From Octopus sinensis (lineage: Eukaryota), in assembly GCF_006345805.1 (NCBI RefSeq), contig NC_042997.1:200756001-200820000 (forward strand): a stretch of DNA of 64,000 nt, read 5' to 3'. The notes beneath the pieces were generated by a model that saw only the letters and a list, made by a program, of their open reading frames with translations, had not been told where the DNA came from and made no database searches. The position numbers and the translations under genes were made by a program. Below are positions 63,700 through 64,000 of this stretch, piece by piece; position 1 is the first letter of the stretch; the number at the start of each line of letters is the position of its first letter.

Positions 63700-64000
63700 C
63701 AAAATGCACAGGGCCAAAAATGATTGAATATCGAGCACCATACGATCGTGATCGTTGACAGAGCGGCTAACCGGCTTCCATGCCAGTGGCACATAAAAGG
63801 GTGCCATTTGAGCATGATCGTTACCAACATCGCCTTACTGGTACCTGTGCTGGTGGCATGTGTAAAAAGATTCGAGCGAAGTCGTTGCCAGTTCCGCCTG
63901 ACTGGCCCCTGTGCCAGTGGCACGTAAAAAGCCCCCACTACACTCTCGGAGTGGTTGGCATTAGGAATGGTATCCAGCTGTAGAAACTCTGCCAGATCAA
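63700..64000 (+). mobile_element. 3' UTR of the (GAT)n-tailed RTE-like LINE, running off the window end
   Basis: gccagtggcacgtaaaaagcccccactacactctcggagtggttggc matches 41290-41380. Confidence 0.8.

Overview
AT-rich, microsatellite-dense eukaryotic DNA made almost entirely of repeats. The tRNA-derived SINE families resemble those of Octopus, but that assignment comes from repeat recognition only. No host exon, rRNA, genuine tRNA or CRISPR array can be supported, and most ORFs in the track are microsatellite translations. The main content is about a dozen copies of R4/Dong-clade non-LTR retrotransposons (RT + CCHC + restriction-like endonuclease). Two are near full length: 16.9-20.9 kb (with an uninterrupted 809-aa RT-RLE ORF) and 51.8-55.8 kb. 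The well-preserved copies are stacked inside (AAT)n tracts, always on the AAT strand, alongside a ~560-bp non-coding AAT-flanked element. Also present are RTE and other LINE fragments, three tRNA-SINE families, two non-autonomous Helitrons, hAT and piggyBac MITEs, a deleted mariner and several long foldback palindromes. The most notable observation is two families of short non-coding elements carrying minimal type I hammerhead-ribozyme motifs with a palindromic ACGU helix III, of the kind known from Penelope-like elements. Family 1 has the layout tRNA-like head + (AAT)n + hammerhead tail. It recurs as head-to-head inverted pairs, and one pair appears to bracket a 7-kb block between 12-bp direct repeats. 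Family 2 sits in (TA)n tracts.
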